NCBI RefSeq assembly: GCF_001194135.2
Contig: NC_068991.1
Coordinates: forward strand, 18,188,190 to 18,252,189
Source of the DNA: Octopus bimaculoides
Lineage: Eukaryota
Length of the DNA stretch: 64,000 bases
Reading direction: 5' to 3'
Shown here: positions 14,008-26,745 of the stretch, piece after piece
How the letters are laid out: each line of letters begins with the position of its first letter
How positions within the stretch are numbered: position 1 is the first letter of the stretch
The notes under the pieces: model-generated
Told to the model about the DNA's origin: nothing
The model's input: only the letters and a program-made list of their open reading frames with translations
Database searches by the model: none
Position numbers and translations under genes: made by a program

Positions 14008-15059
14008 ACTTATTAGTTGTAAAGCCAAATATAAAAATATACACATATCTACATACAGACATACATACATACACAAACTACAGCTAATGAGAGAGTCTTG
14101 ACTGACTCCCAAATCTCCATAGGAATACAAACTGTTTGGAAAGAAAAAGCAAAAAGTGGAGCTTTATGGACAAAGTTCAATGCCTTTAGTCAGAAACCTA
14201 ACCCATCAGGCCAAGCCTGAGGTACAACAAGGCTACAAACACCAGTGTTTTGGCTATTACATACTATGTTTGTGTGTGTATGTGTCTGAGAAGTTAACTG
14301 TAGTAGCTTTGTTCAGTCTTCATGAATAAAAGCAATTCACCAAGTAAATTAGTCATTATATAAAATTAATTAAGTCAATTGCATTCTTCTTTCAAAGCAG
14401 TTCCACATGCAACACCCAATACCAATTTTGAACATACAGACACACATGTTTGTGTGTGTTGGCACACACACACAACACATCCATACATACATACACAGAT
14501 GTAGACATATATAAGCATATATAAACATATATGTACACATGTATAGACATCTATATATATATATAATGCACAACAACATAAATCAGAAGAACTGAAATAA
14601 ACTTTAATATTACAAAGCCTTACTGTGAGTGAACTAAGAATGTAAGCACATTCCTTCCATGCCACTTGTGTGCAGAAAAAATAGAAAGAGGGTGTCTGTT
14701 GATGTACTAGTCTGCAGTTTTCTGACAGCTTTTCAGAAAACATGCCAGCTTCTTCCCTCAATCAAAGCACACATCAGCTACTGTATAAAATAATTGTAAA
14801 TTAGGCTAGCACATTAGTGAATAGTCTAATTTGCATATTTGTACTTTTGATGGCTCATCTATATATATACACACACACCTACACTTCTCTCTCTCTCCCT
14901 ATATATATATATATATATNNNNNNNNNNATATATGCAAAGCTAAAATGTGCGATGGTGACAAAGTTATGTGAAAGCTTAATAATACTTGTGCCTCATAAA
15001 TGGATGAAATGAAAAATGTATAATTAACATGAATAAATGAAAAACAATTAGCTAGTAAT

Positions 15060-15440
15060 TCAGTGAATGGATCATTTATTTGTGCAAAAGCTAAAGTCTA
15101 TTTATGAACAACTTGAGAGAGATGCTCCTATTACCAATGTTAGAAAACTAGTGGAGTTTAAAGCCAGCATAGGTTGGTTCAAATCATTCAAAAAACACTT
15201 CAGTGTTCACAATGCTGAGAAGTACAGGCATGATGAAGACTGTACAGGCAAGAAACAGATTGTACTGAATTTTGTAAACTTGTGAAGGAGAGTAATTTGT
15301 GTTCTCAACAGATTTATAACTATGCCAAAGATAACATACACCACACAGGAGACCAAGTTATCTCAACATAAACTGGTGAAGGATAAGGTTAACATTACTT
15401 TTCTGCATAAATGCTTCAAGGGACTTCGAGTTTAAAAGTT
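15060..15440 (+). pseudogene. Tigger/pogo-type transposase remnant (CENP-B HTH to start of DDE_1)
   Basis: ORF 15067 contains QKLKSIYEQL...EFKASIGWFKSFKKHFSVHN, matching the Tigger pattern F.AS.GWF..FK.R; downstream frames give VKESNLCSQQIYN and LTLLFCINASRDFEFK. Frameshifted, and interrupted by SINE C at 15454. Confidence 0.75.
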
Positions 15441-15453
15441 AGGCTGTTCCTAG

Positions 15454-15838
15454 TGTTGTTGGCACTCCGTCGCTTACGACGACAAGGGTTCCAGTTGATC
15501 CGATCAACAGAACAGCCTGCTCGTGAAATTAACATGCAAGTGGCTGAGCACTCCACAGGCACATGTACCCTTAACGTAGTTCTCGGGGATATTCAGCGTG
15601 ACACAGTGTGTCAAGGCTGACCCTTTGAATTACAGGCACAACAGAAACAGGAAGTAAGAGTGAGAGAAAGTTGTGGTGGAAGAGTACAGCAGGGTTCGCC
15701 ACCATCCCCTGCCGGAGCCTCATGGAGCTTTAGGTGTTTTCGCTCAATAAACACTCACAACGCCCGGTCTGGGAATCGAAACCACGATCCTATGACCGCG
15801 AGTCCGCTACCCTAACCACTGGGCCATTGCGCCTCCAC
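15454..15838 (-). mobile_element. SINE family C, full length
   Basis: Reverse complement begins gtggaggcgcaatggcccagtggttaggg (A box) ...ggtttcgattccc (B box) and ends gtcgtaagcgacggagtgccaacaaca; matches the copies at 50389, 59519 and 61408. Confidence 0.92.
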
Positions 15839-16808
15839 TGTCCATCCCATAACAGCAAGGAAAAAGGGACATTAGATGGTGATTTGGATGCAAGAAAGTC
15901 ATGTTGAATTAATTCCCTTCATTGACATATATGGATTGAAATTTATTAAGAGTTTAATTAAATGATTAATTCATTTGTAATTCCTTTTTTCTAAAATGAA
16001 TAACTATCAGGTAATGATATATTTTATATTCATCATATCAGTTAACTTTCATAACTTTGTAAAGAAGATTTATAAATGAAGTATGGACTTTTTTTTTATA
16101 TATTTCTGTACTAAACTGTTTTCTTTCTGTGTATTTGCGTCTTTACTATTCTAATTTATTATCTGATTATAATATTACATCAGTTTTATCATACGCACTG
16201 ATTTTTAATGATAATTTGTGTTTTAGTAATCATTAAAAGAATAGTTTGAGGGGAAACTTTCACTATTCCTTAACAGTTTGGAACAAACCAACCCTAATTA
16301 TATATACTTAAATTAATCTGCTAACAAAATTTTGAGGTAATAAATGAGTGTATGCTCAAAACGTAAAAGACTTTCTCACTTCCCAAACATTAAACTAATA
16401 CATCTGACTGTTGTTTACACACCCGTCTTCGTCTTTTATTTTTTTGTAAATTCTCACTATATATATATATATATACACACACACACATATATATAGCATG
16501 AACCTGATTGGTAAGATTGGCTGTGATTGATATATAATACTGCACACTTTAGATAATATGTTAGTGTGTGTAAATATATATACATAATACAAAAAATCTC
16601 AACCCCCAAGTCATTATCAGAAAATACCACTGCACTGCATCTCCACTAAACATGAGTGCCACTCAACTAGAGCCCTCACAGTTGCTCCATATGCTGAGCA
16701 TCATCACTATCACTAAGGATCTCTCTGGGTGAAAGCATATCTTTAGCATGGCTAGCATTGCAACTCAAACACCAACCTTTTCGTGGAGGGCCAGACTACA
16801 AATATATA

Positions 16809-16914
16809 TACGAGGGGTGTATGAAAAGTCTCGAGCCTCAAAACAACAAAACATGGTACAAGACTTCTGATGAAGGTACAAGACTTCAAGGCTCAAAGCT
16901 TTTCATACACCCCT

Positions 16915-16918
<4 letters not shown>
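16809..16918. mobile_element. Mariner-type MITE, about 106 bp
   Basis: TA|cgaggggtgtatgaaaagtctcgagcct ... aggctcaaagcttttcatacaccccttg|TG; TIRs of about 28 bp; internal direct repeat ggtacaagacttc occurs twice. Confidence 0.8.
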
Positions 16919-16976
<58 letters not shown>

Positions 16977-17013
16977 TATACATATATATACATATACATA
17001 TATATACATATAC

Positions 17014-17061
<48 letters not shown>

Positions 17062-17400
17062 TGAACCATAGCCTATGGTTCAGTGGTTAGAGCACTGGGC
17101 TCACAGTCATAAGGTAGAGAGTTTGATTCCTGAACTGGGCTGTGTGTTGTTCTTGAGCATGACACTTCATTTCACGTTACTCCAGATCACTCAGCTGTAG
17201 AAACAAGTTGCAACATCACTGGTGCCAAATTGTATCAGACTCTGCCTTTCCCTTGGATAACACTGGTGGCATAGAAAGGGGAGGCTGGTGTGCATGGGCG
17301 ACTGCTGGTCTTCAATAAACAACCTTGCCCAGACTTGTGCCTTAGAGAACTTACTAGGTGCAATTCCATGATGATTCATGATTGAAGGGGGTCTTTACCC
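17062..17400 (+). mobile_element. SINE family F (tRNA head, CORE-like domain, tail T4)
   Basis: tggttcagtggttagagc...gagtttgattcc head; tgtgttgttcttgagcatgacacttcatttcacgttactccagatcactcagctg core; tail ending tgaagggggtct. The same tail occurs inverted at 53795-53944. Confidence 0.75.
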
Positions 17401-17554
17401 TTTATTTATATATTTGTCGTGCAGCTACTGTTTATACCTTGTTCAGAGATTTATTATTGTCTGTTTACATTTTTTCGAGATCAGTGACTTTTCGTCACTG
17501 GAAAAAGGATATATATGTATTTGCATCGGGACTCCTTCACATTGAAGACCGGTG

Positions 17555-17610
17555 ATTGTCATGCGCTGACAAAGGGTAAACACCCAGAAACTCGGGTCTG
17601 TGCGTATCAC
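17555..17610 (+). ncRNA. Degenerate Penelope-type minimal hammerhead ribozyme motif
   Basis: ctgacaa-a-gggt aaac accc-a-gaaac-tcgg-gtc: CUGANGA core with G8>A, 4-bp stem II, GAAAC-tetraloop-GUC. Confidence 0.5.
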
Positions 17611-17664
17611 GTCACGTTGACAATGGGAAGGATGACTTCCCTTTGCAAATACTGATAGGGCACA

Positions 17665-17962
17665 GAAGGTACGTAGCTTAGTGGTTAGGGTAATCAGCTC
17701 ATGATCGTAATGTCATGTGTTTGATTCCTGGTGGCACGTTGTGTCCTTGAGCAAGACACTTTATTTCATGTTGCTCCAATTCACTCAGCTGGCAAAAATG
17801 AGTTGTACCAGTAATTCAAAGGGTCAGCTTTGTCACATTCTGTGTGACACTGAATTTCCTTGAGAACTATGTTAAGGGTATGTGTGTCTGTGGAGTTAAT
17901 TTCATGAGCAGGCTGATCTGTTGATCAGAACAACTGGAACCCTCGTTGATATAACCGACAGT
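17665..17962 (+). mobile_element. SINE family C' (tRNA head, CORE-like domain, family-C tail)
   Basis: tagcttagtggttaggg head; gttgtgtccttgagcaagacactttatttcatgttgctcc core; caaagggtcagctttgtcaca...aactggaaccctcgt tail shared with family C. Confidence 0.8.
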
Positions 17963-17972
17963 ATGTCAGTTT

Positions 17973-18008
<36 letters not shown>

Positions 18009-18012
<4 letters not shown>

Positions 18013-18395
18013 GTATGACGTCAGCAACTGGGGAGCTGACCGCTGACCGGAACCGTGAACTGACTGGAACGGCGAGCTGTGGAAGAAGGGCAGAGGGAGC
18101 CTCGATCGGGATTTCGTGCCCTTTTCGAACGAGGTTGTTGTGAGAAGAGGACGTGCCAAGTGATCGTCTAGGTGTTGGGAGAAGCAGCTGCTATTTCTAG
18201 TGTTCTTCGGGTTGGGCCAGCCGTGAGGATCGGATACCGCAGGACAGACTCGTGCAAAGGNNNNNNNNNNGCAGCTGCTATTTCTAGTGTTCTTCGGGTT
18301 GGGCCAGCCGTGAGGATCGGATACCGCAGGACAGACTCGTGCAAAGGAAGGAAAACTGAGGTAAGCCGATTACTTCTACTCGCACGCATACACCA
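18009..18395. mobile_element. Solo-LTR-like element
   Basis: Begins TGTGGTATG and ends CATACCACA (perfect 9-bp inverted termini); right flank ATATA, left flank ATATA plus a (TG)n expansion; CpG-rich; includes a duplication of about 78 bp across a 10-N gap. Confidence 0.6.
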
Positions 18396-18401
18396 CAATA
18401 T

Positions 18402-18962
18402 CATCATCATCATCATCATCGTTTAACGTCCGCTTTCCATGCTAGCATGGGTTGGACGATTTGACTGAGGACTGGTGAAACCGGATGGCAACACCAGGCT
18501 CCAATCTAATTTGGCAGAGTTTCTACAGCTGGATGCCCTTCCTAACGCCAACCACTCAGAGAGTGTAGTGGGTGCTTTTACGTGTCACCGGCACAGGAGC
18601 CAGTCAGGTAGTACTGGCATTGGNNNNNNNNNNNNNNNNNNNNNNNNNNNNNNNNNNNNNNNNNNNNNNNNNNNNNNNNNNNNNNNNNNNNNNNNNNNNN
18701 NNNNNNNNNNNNNNNNNNNNNNNNNNNNNNNNNNCTTGCCTCACCACCTCAGCCCAGGTCTTCCTGGGCCTACCTCTTCCACGGGTTCCCTCAACTGTTA
18801 GGGTGTGGCACTTTTTCACGCAGCTATCCTCATCCATTCTCACCACATGTCCATACCAGCGCAATCGTCTCTCTTGCACACCACAACTGATGCTTCTAAT
18901 GTTCAGCTTTTCTCTCAAGATACTTACACTCTGACGGGTATTCACATTGACATTACACATCC
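18402..18962 (-). mobile_element. RTE-clade LINE 3' fragment (ORF C-terminus, 3' UTR, (GAT)n tail)
   Basis: Translation LREKLNIRSISCGVQERRLRWYGHVVRMDEDSCVKKCHTLTVEGTRGRGRPRKTWAEVV is the RTE C-terminal LRW.GHV.R...GRGRP..TW pattern; the 3' UTR ends gcatggaaagcggacgttaaac(gat)n. Confidence 0.92.
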
Positions 18963-19257
18963 AATATATATATATATATATAAACTTATTGGCAGTATTT
19001 TGACAGTAATTTTGCGTTGCTTTATAAATGCATGTTCTTTTAACATAATTGCATTTTATCTTATACTCTATTTTACATTTTCCACCATTGACATTTTAGC
19101 TTCCTTCGTGTTACATGTTTTGCCAGCAATCTTCCCACATGCATTCCGTATGTATACATATGCATAAACACTATAGGAATATATAATAAAATGATATCTA
19201 ATCAATGTAATCAATGCTATCTAAAAGATAGTATGCTTACACTGGTGTATATATCAA

Positions 19258-19632
19258 GCAAGGCTCTGTGGTGAAAAAGCTTACTTTCCAGCCATGGTTC
19301 AGTCCCACTGAATACCTTGGGTAAGTGTCTTCAACCAAAGCTTTGTGAGTGGATTTGGTAGAAGGAAGTCTGAGAGAAGTCTGTCATACATGTATATATG
19401 TGTGTGTGTACATGTGCATACCATTGCCTTGACATGTGATGGTTGTAAATAAGCATCACCATCATAAAAGTAATGTTGCTCATTTCCAGTTTTTTGTGAA
19501 AAAATGTCTGGCCATAGTGAAATATTACCTTGCTTGGAAACAGGTGAGGGTTGGCAATAAAAAGGATATCTGGCTGTAGAAATTCCATCTGATTCAAGGA
19601 AGCAGGAAAAAGTGGACATTAAATGACAATTA
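19258..19632 (+). mobile_element. SINE family G (family-A head with RTE-like tail)
   Basis: ggctctgtggtgaaaaagctt...accttgggtaagtgtcttc..gtgagtggatttggtagaaggaag (A head and body), then ccttgacatgtgatgg...ggaaacaggtgagggttggc...ggaaaaagtggacattaaatga. Confidence 0.7.
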
Positions 19633-19860
19633 TCATCATTTTACATTTCCTTTCCCTGCTGGTATGGGTTAGACAGGCCATCATGATCCAGTTCAGTTCT
19701 CATTTGATATTACTACCTCTTGGACTAGTTAAAGGACCGTCTCACTCACACATTTCAATTTCCTCTTGTATAGCTTAAAATACAAGATGCCTTCCTATCA
19801 CCAACGAGAAAGTACTGAGAGCATTTTATAAAAGCATTTTGTCACATCCTTGACACAATG

Positions 19861-20360
19861 TAGTGGTCTCTGTAACCCCTCTTCAGTTCTCCTGGTGAAC
19901 CCCGAAAGCCATTTGAAGTTTAAAAACTAGTTTTCTGGAAACTCCTTTCAAAATTCCTATTTTGTTTTTCACAAATGTTAAAGAAAGAACCTTAGCTGTT
20001 TCTTGCAATGCATATCAATACACACATCTAAAGCAAAAGTTTTTTCAGGGGCCCTTAAAATANNNNNNNNNNNNNNNNNNNNNNNNNNNNNNNNNNNNNN
20101 NNNNNNNNNNNNNNNNNNNNNNNNNNNNNNNNNNNNNNNNNNNNNNNNNNNNNNNNNNNNNNNNNNNNNNNNNNNNNNNNNNNNNNNNNNNNNNNNNNNN
20201 NNNNNNNNNNNNNNNNNNNNNNNNNNNNNNNNNNNNNNNNNNNNNNNNNNNNNNNNNNNNNNNNNNNNNNNNNNNNNNNNNNNNNNNNNNNNNNNNNNNN
20301 NNNNNNNNNNAAATCTTATAGACCCTCAGGGACCATGTGGACCCCAGTTCAGAACCACTG
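19861..20360. mobile_element. hAT (Charlie-like) MITE spanning a gap
   Basis: Left end tagtggtctctgtaacc; right end ggaccccagttcagaaccactg, a CAGTGGTTC-type TIR. TSD not resolved. Confidence 0.5.
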
Positions 20361-20390
20361 GGTTAAACAAAGACTTATTGAGGCAATATT

Positions 20391-20612
20391 TTAACCCCTT
20401 TCATACCAACCTGCCCAAGACACTTCTACTTCTATAATACAAACTTCATGTCTAAAGTGATCTAAACATGCTTTCAAAATTTCATGTTGGTTTATGTTAC
20501 AAACATCAGGTTAATAATGACAAAGTTACTTTACTAAATTCTTCATCATTTTCAAAATTAATTGAATCAAAGGCGGTGTATTTCAACAGAAATATGGTAA
20601 CAAAAGAGTTAG
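20391..20612 (+). mobile_element. piggyBac-type MITE, copy 1
   Basis: TTAA|cccctttcatacc ... ggtaacaaaagag|TTAG; homologous to the copy at 21603. Confidence 0.7.
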
Positions 20613-21602
20613 GGGTGAATGCCATAAAATACTATTGCTTACTCACAGGTTTTTCAAATATATGCATGAGACAAAAGAACATTGTTTACAGGGAATGTAA
20701 ACAACGTTCACTGCTTTGCTTCTGTATGAGGCAAAGATGTAGAATGTAAATGTCTATGTACACACACAAACATATGTATGACGAACTTCTGTACAGTTTC
20801 CATTTATCAAATTCACATAAACTTGTGAATACAGAGCATTGATCAGTCTGAGGCTACAGTAGAAGACAGTTGCACAAGGCTCAACACAGTGGGACTGAAC
20901 CAAAACTAGGTGATTACAAAATGAACTCTGTACCTACACAGCCATAACAGTGCCTTGTGGGGCATTAAATATGATACATTTCAGCACCAAGTAATCACTA
21001 TCACAAACACCAAGCCCAGGTAAGACACCTCACCATGCTACATAGCAACCTACCCTGCTTGAAGCAGGAGACCAATGTCAAACATTAAACAATGATGTCA
21101 CAACACCAAAGAAATCAGACAGATTTGTTGGACAGTCGTTGAACAATCTAAGCTACTACTACCAAGTGATTGATGAAATTGATCTTCTGCAGATAAAACA
21201 GAATTTGATTTCTAGTGTGATTTATTGTTGCACATACCAAACCAGGGTATGTAATGATAATGGATATATATATNNNNNNNNNNNNNNNNNNNNNNNNNNN
21301 NNNNNNNNNNNNNNNNNNNNNNNNNNNNNNTATATATATATATATATATATATGTATATACAGAAAATGCCAAGCATTCAAAGTAGAGGACAGTGCTTGT
21401 GGAAGAGAAAGATCTAGAAACGTCATTGGCAATCTGCAAACCTGCAGGACTTTCTGAATAGCATGCTAAACAAAAAGTTATCTTGAATTTTTTTTAGTAC
21501 TATGACTCATCTGATGTTGAGTCATGTCTTATGCAGTCTTCTTAAAAAAGGTTACCCATACCTGATTACAGAAAGACATGGGACAATGTAATGAAAACTG
21601 AT

Positions 21603-21814
21603 TTAACCTTTTTGATACTAACTCGCCTGAAACCGCCTCTGGCTCTGTAGCACAAATGTCTTGTTTTCAAAAGTTCTAAATTAAAATCTGCCATCAAGCC
21701 TGTTACAAACTGGCTTAATGATAAAGTTATTTTACTAAATATCTTTGTTATATTTAAAATTAATTGAAAGAAACACACAGCATTTCAACAGAAATATGGT
21801 AACAAAAGGGTCAA
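21603..21814 (+). mobile_element. piggyBac-type MITE, copy 2
   Basis: TTAA|cctttttgatact ... catttcaacagaaatatggtaacaaaaggg|TCAA; shares taatgataaagttattttactaaat and aaaattaattgaa with copy 1. Confidence 0.7.
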
Positions 21815-22258
21815 AGATATTGACCCTTTGTAAAACAGATTGACAAAGGACCATGATAATTGACAACATACAGTGCTGGACAAAACCTGTACTCTCATGC
21901 AAATAAGGTAGAGAAAACACTAAAACAAGTAAAGAATGCAGTTGGGATGCTCTCCTTTCATTCATCCTCAACTCACCCGTTGCTTCTATGATATTCTCTG
22001 CATCTTTCACAGTATTTATCTGCTGCTGCCCCACTCCTACCTCTTTTTTCCACACTGGCTCTTTAGCCATGGCTTCTTCACCACCTCAGCAACCCCCCAA
22101 CCCCCAACTCCTCATCTTTCTTTCACTAACACTTTTTCTACAATTTCTCCAGCTCCTTATTATCCCACAGGCCCGCAAAAAGCACAGAGCAACTGGTCAT
22201 AATTCTGAGAAGGAATATCAAATCAGTATTGTTTCACTCAAGCAATAATGAATGTGGA

Positions 22259-22296
<38 letters not shown>

Positions 22297-22478
22297 TACA
22301 CAGACACACACACACACACACATAAACCCGTAACGGAGTGACGCTTGGCTCAGGGGAAATGTCAGCCTGCTCACTAGCCAGTGCAGTGGCATCATTTAAA
22401 AGCTACAACAATATGAGGAAGTACATGGTGACCAGCTGTATATAGCAATAATAACATTTGATAGACTGATTGGTGTAA

Positions 22479-22531
<53 letters not shown>

Positions 22532-22831
22532 GTCTCATACACACAATAAATGCTTCTTGCTGTTTCTGACTATCAGATCACCTCACAGACCAGACTGTAG
22601 TAGAAGACAACTAAAGTGAGGCTGGGGATCGAAACGCAAAAAAACCATGAGGTTGCAAGGTGAATTTCTTTAGCCTCTTAGCCATGCTTGCGTGTGTGTA
22701 TACACACACATATATATACATATGTGTTAAATATGCATATGCAAACTAACACACAGTATATTATATACATATACAATATATGTCTGCATATTTATGATAA
22801 ATATTACACACACACATATACAAACATTATA

Positions 22832-23178
22832 TAGGTTCCGGGTTCAGTCCCACTGTGTGGCATCTTGGGCAAGTGTCTTCTACTATAGCTTCGGGCCGAC
22901 CAAAGCCTTGTGAGTGGATTTGGTATACGGAAACTGAAAGAAGCCCGTCGTATATATGTATATGTATGTGTTTGTGTTTGTCCCCCCCCCCTCGCCCAAC
23001 ATCGCTTGACAACCGATGCTGGTGTGTTTACGTCCCTGTAACTTAGCGGTTCGGCAAAAGAGACCGATAGAATAAGTACTAGGCTTACAAAGAATAAGTC
23101 CTGGGGTCGATTTGCTCGACTAAAGGTGGAGCTCCAGCATGGCTGCAGTCAAATGACTGAAACAAGTAAAAAAAAAAT
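22832..23178 (+). mobile_element. SINE family A, 5'-truncated
   Basis: ggttccgggttcagtcccactg through gactgaaacaagtaaaaaaa; high identity to the copy at 11564. Confidence 0.9.
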
Positions 23179-23686
23179 GCACAACATGGGCAAAGAGTAA
23201 AGAAGTTCATTTCATAACCACAAGGTCCTGTGTTCACTCCCACTACATGTCATCTGTATACAAGCCTGTCAGACTGATTTACCTGTAATGTCACAGGTCA
23301 TAGCTTTGAAATGTTTAAGGGTACACATGGCCGTGGAATACGCAACCATTGATTAGACATCAATTGTGGAACATGGAATTCATCTGACCGATGAACTGTA
23401 TCTTCATCATCGAACAATGGAGAATTACCATCATACATGTGTGTGTGTATATGTAATTATACAGTATACATGTTTAATATATACTTATATAATTTGTTTA
23501 TATTTTACATGCACAAGCAGATTGCTGGCTGGCTGGCTGGATGGATAGCTAGATAGACAGACAGACAGACAGGTAGTTAGATAGATAGATAGATACATAG
23601 ACAGAGAGACAGACATAGATACCATATGTCTGAATATATGAGTATATCCACGAGAAAAATTATGCATGTATGTGAAAAAATTTATC

Positions 23687-23728
<42 letters not shown>

Positions 23729-25876
23729 CATACACGAGGAAAATTGTATATGCGCATGTGTGTGTTTGTGTGTGTACATCAGAGAAAGAGAGAGACAGAG
23801 AGATAAGGTATTGAAACACTGTGGATGTTGCACGGCGAGAAATTAACACTTGATGAAAGCTGGAAAGATTATGAAGACAACGACTGCTGCATGTGTGTAT
23901 GTGTTCACACACATGAATGTGAGTGGGAGAGAGATAGAGAGAGGCGAAGATCGAGTGAGTGACTCACTGACATTTATATATTTATTTATATAAATGGTTA
24001 ACGGCGGAGGAGTAGACGGAACCGGCTTACCGAAATCCACACTCAGAAATATCAAACTACAATGGTTATTATTATTTCAATATTATTATTAAATTCTTAT
24101 TTAATTAAAGGAAGTGTTATTATTATTATGGCACTTTCATACATTCTTATATTCCGTTTTGTTTTCCAAGCAGTAGGAGTGTCTTCTAGTGTCTACGAAA
24201 CGGAGACGTCGCTTAGTTTCTACATATATATACACATATAAACTGATTATTTAAAATAAAAAAAAAGGAAATTGTAAGCCTGAACATGTCCTCAAATACA
24301 TCCTTATTCCCCTTATTTTGTCTGTGTGCGAGCACACACACACACACACACACATATATAATGTATGCATCATTTTATATACGTATATATTACTATATAA
24401 TATACATGTGTGTGTATATATATATTCGTCAAAACATTTCATTAGTACCTTCTAAGAGAATACCTGATTTAGACGAATTATGCAGTTTGCAGTCCATGTG
24501 TATCTATTTACTACATATACATATGCACACATACATGGGTGTATATATATATTTACGTACACATGTGTGCGTGTGTGTATATATATATATATGTATGTAT
24601 AAGTATGTGTATGACCGTATATATGCACCGCGTTTAAGTGTGTGACTAAAATAAGGAGCGGAATGATGAGAAGGAAAAATGATGAAAACTGAGAGAACCA
24701 GAGATGATATTTGGTCGACAAGAACTGCTGTAGCGAATAACAAATGGTGTTTATGCTGTTGAATAGTTAGTAATTCCCAAGGACCAAGGCATTAGTTGTA
24801 CAGCAATGAAGCTACTAAACGACGAAGAGTGAGTGCCTCGCCTCTACAGAGCACCCACCACTAACTTTTAATTTCAATTTTAATGGTTTAGTCACACAAG
24901 GAAAGGACAGCGCCCATCAACCTTTGCAGAGTCTCGGAGAAAAAACGGGAACAAAGTTATCGTCAGATCTTGTGCATCAGCTTGTTTCAAGCCCCCAGGT
25001 TGTGGTGTTAGACCGGGCGATCAATTACATGTACTGCATAAGAAACAGGAACGGTCCCGTTGATGGGCTTCCATAGTTTCCGTTTACGAAATTTCACTCA
25101 AAAGGTTAAGTTTAAACTCAAGACTTTGGATAAAAGATACTTGCCCATGGTCGCAAATGAGCCTGAAGCCACGTATTTGGGATGCAAATTTCTTAAATGC
25201 ACAACCACGCAATTCGTCCATGCGGAATTCTTAACCACACACACATAAACACATTTTATTCAGACGTAAGTGTATACAAAAGTGTGCGTGTAAAACTAGC
25301 GCTTTATATAATCTGAAGGCGTTACTCCTGCATGGCCGCAGTCCTAAGACTAAAAGAAGTGTGCGTGTGTGCAGATATAAAAATCATCATTGTGTGTCGC
25401 ACATGCATGGATGCATGTGCGTGTTTCTCACTCAACATGTATCTATCTCTCTCTCTCTTCCTCCTCTCCAATTTTTTTTTTACTGTCTAGCTCATCATTC
25501 TTTATATAACGCCCGACCTAACACTAACAACCATCTCTAATGAAAACCATTTCTCTGTGTCTTTGTAACCCACCACCACACCTCTCTTTACTGCTTCTTT
25601 GCATCATCCTCTCTAATATTAGTTCTTGCTTTTACACACGTACACACAGAGATATTGAGTAGCCCCTAGGTCAGCATTGTCTGAGCAGAGCTTGAATCAA
25701 AGCCTTTCCAATCGTGACCAACCAGTCATCGTTTTCTCCCAAGCACAGTGCAACTGAATCATACCATTCAATAAATAGTTTTCTAAAATGGAAGAGTACG
25801 AGTTGGAGGTTTGGTTGCTATTTGCAAGAACCACGTAGAGGTTTCTTCCCTAGATTATGCATTATGCGCGCACGCG

Positions 25877-25909
<33 letters not shown>

Positions 25910-26569
25910 ATAAACACGCACACAAACTCGCTAGATAACACATTTTACGTGACCCCCCCTCTAATGTTTTCTCTGTAATATTTCTTCTCTTATTGAATAT
26001 ATGTGAACCCCCCCCTCCCACTGTAAAACTACTACAACTCTCCTTATTCTCTCTCTCTCTCTCTCCCTCACTGTTTCCCCCCCCCCACTTACAACTATAG
26101 AGAGCAATGCAACACGCTTTATTGTCGACAGACCGCCCCTCCTACATCATCTTAAATATGAAGTGTGGTGATGTTGACAATGATGATAGTGCTGGATATT
26201 CGAAACACACTACATACATATATTAGATAGATAGATAGATAGATAGATAGATGAGAAAGCAGCAGAGAGTTTCGCAGTTGTATATGCATGCACAATGTGT
26301 GAACATAATATATAGCTTATATATGGATATTACATATATAATACACACACACACGTTTCAATTTGGTGAGGTGGGGTTCTCAGTACACATACATAATAAA
26401 GTATATTCATTTAATAAATTTTCACCCAGATCGACTATACATTTCATTCTTCCGGGATCGATAAAATAAATACCATTAGTAAAATATATATAATCTTCTA
26501 GCTGGATAGAAAACATGTGGAATATATATTCATGAGTGCGGAGTGTTTAAATGATTCTACGAGGCGTAG

Positions 26570-26745
26570 TTATAGCTTCAAGTCATCCCTGGTCGAGGAG
26601 ACCCCGATGGATGAAATTCGTTCCCCCCTTCACGATCATCCCGTCTATCTAAGACTATACTGTCTAATGTGTCCTTCCCTTTTATTAAAAGACTGTTGGA
26701 TGTATTTCGAAAGAGAGACATGAGAGCTATTTCTAGCGTAGAGAT
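26570..26745 (-). mobile_element. Interspersed repeat family E
   Basis: gtcatccctggtcgaggagacc...gatcatcccgtct...ctaatgtgtccttcc...gctatttctagc is the reverse complement of E. Confidence 0.55.

Noticed and set aside
14080-14225. Short open frame RVLTDSQISIGIQTVWKEKAKSGALWTKFNAF
   Set aside because: Unrecognised, with a weak acceptor, and it ends in a stop immediately before the donor-like site.
18182-18349. Exact direct repeat of about 78 bp across a 10-N gap (similarly at 36870-36925)
   Set aside because: This is the typical signature of overlapping contig ends joined with a placeholder gap, not a biological repeat.
24190-24215. cgaaacggagacgtc hammerhead-like half motif
   Set aside because: No upstream CUGANGA or stem II.
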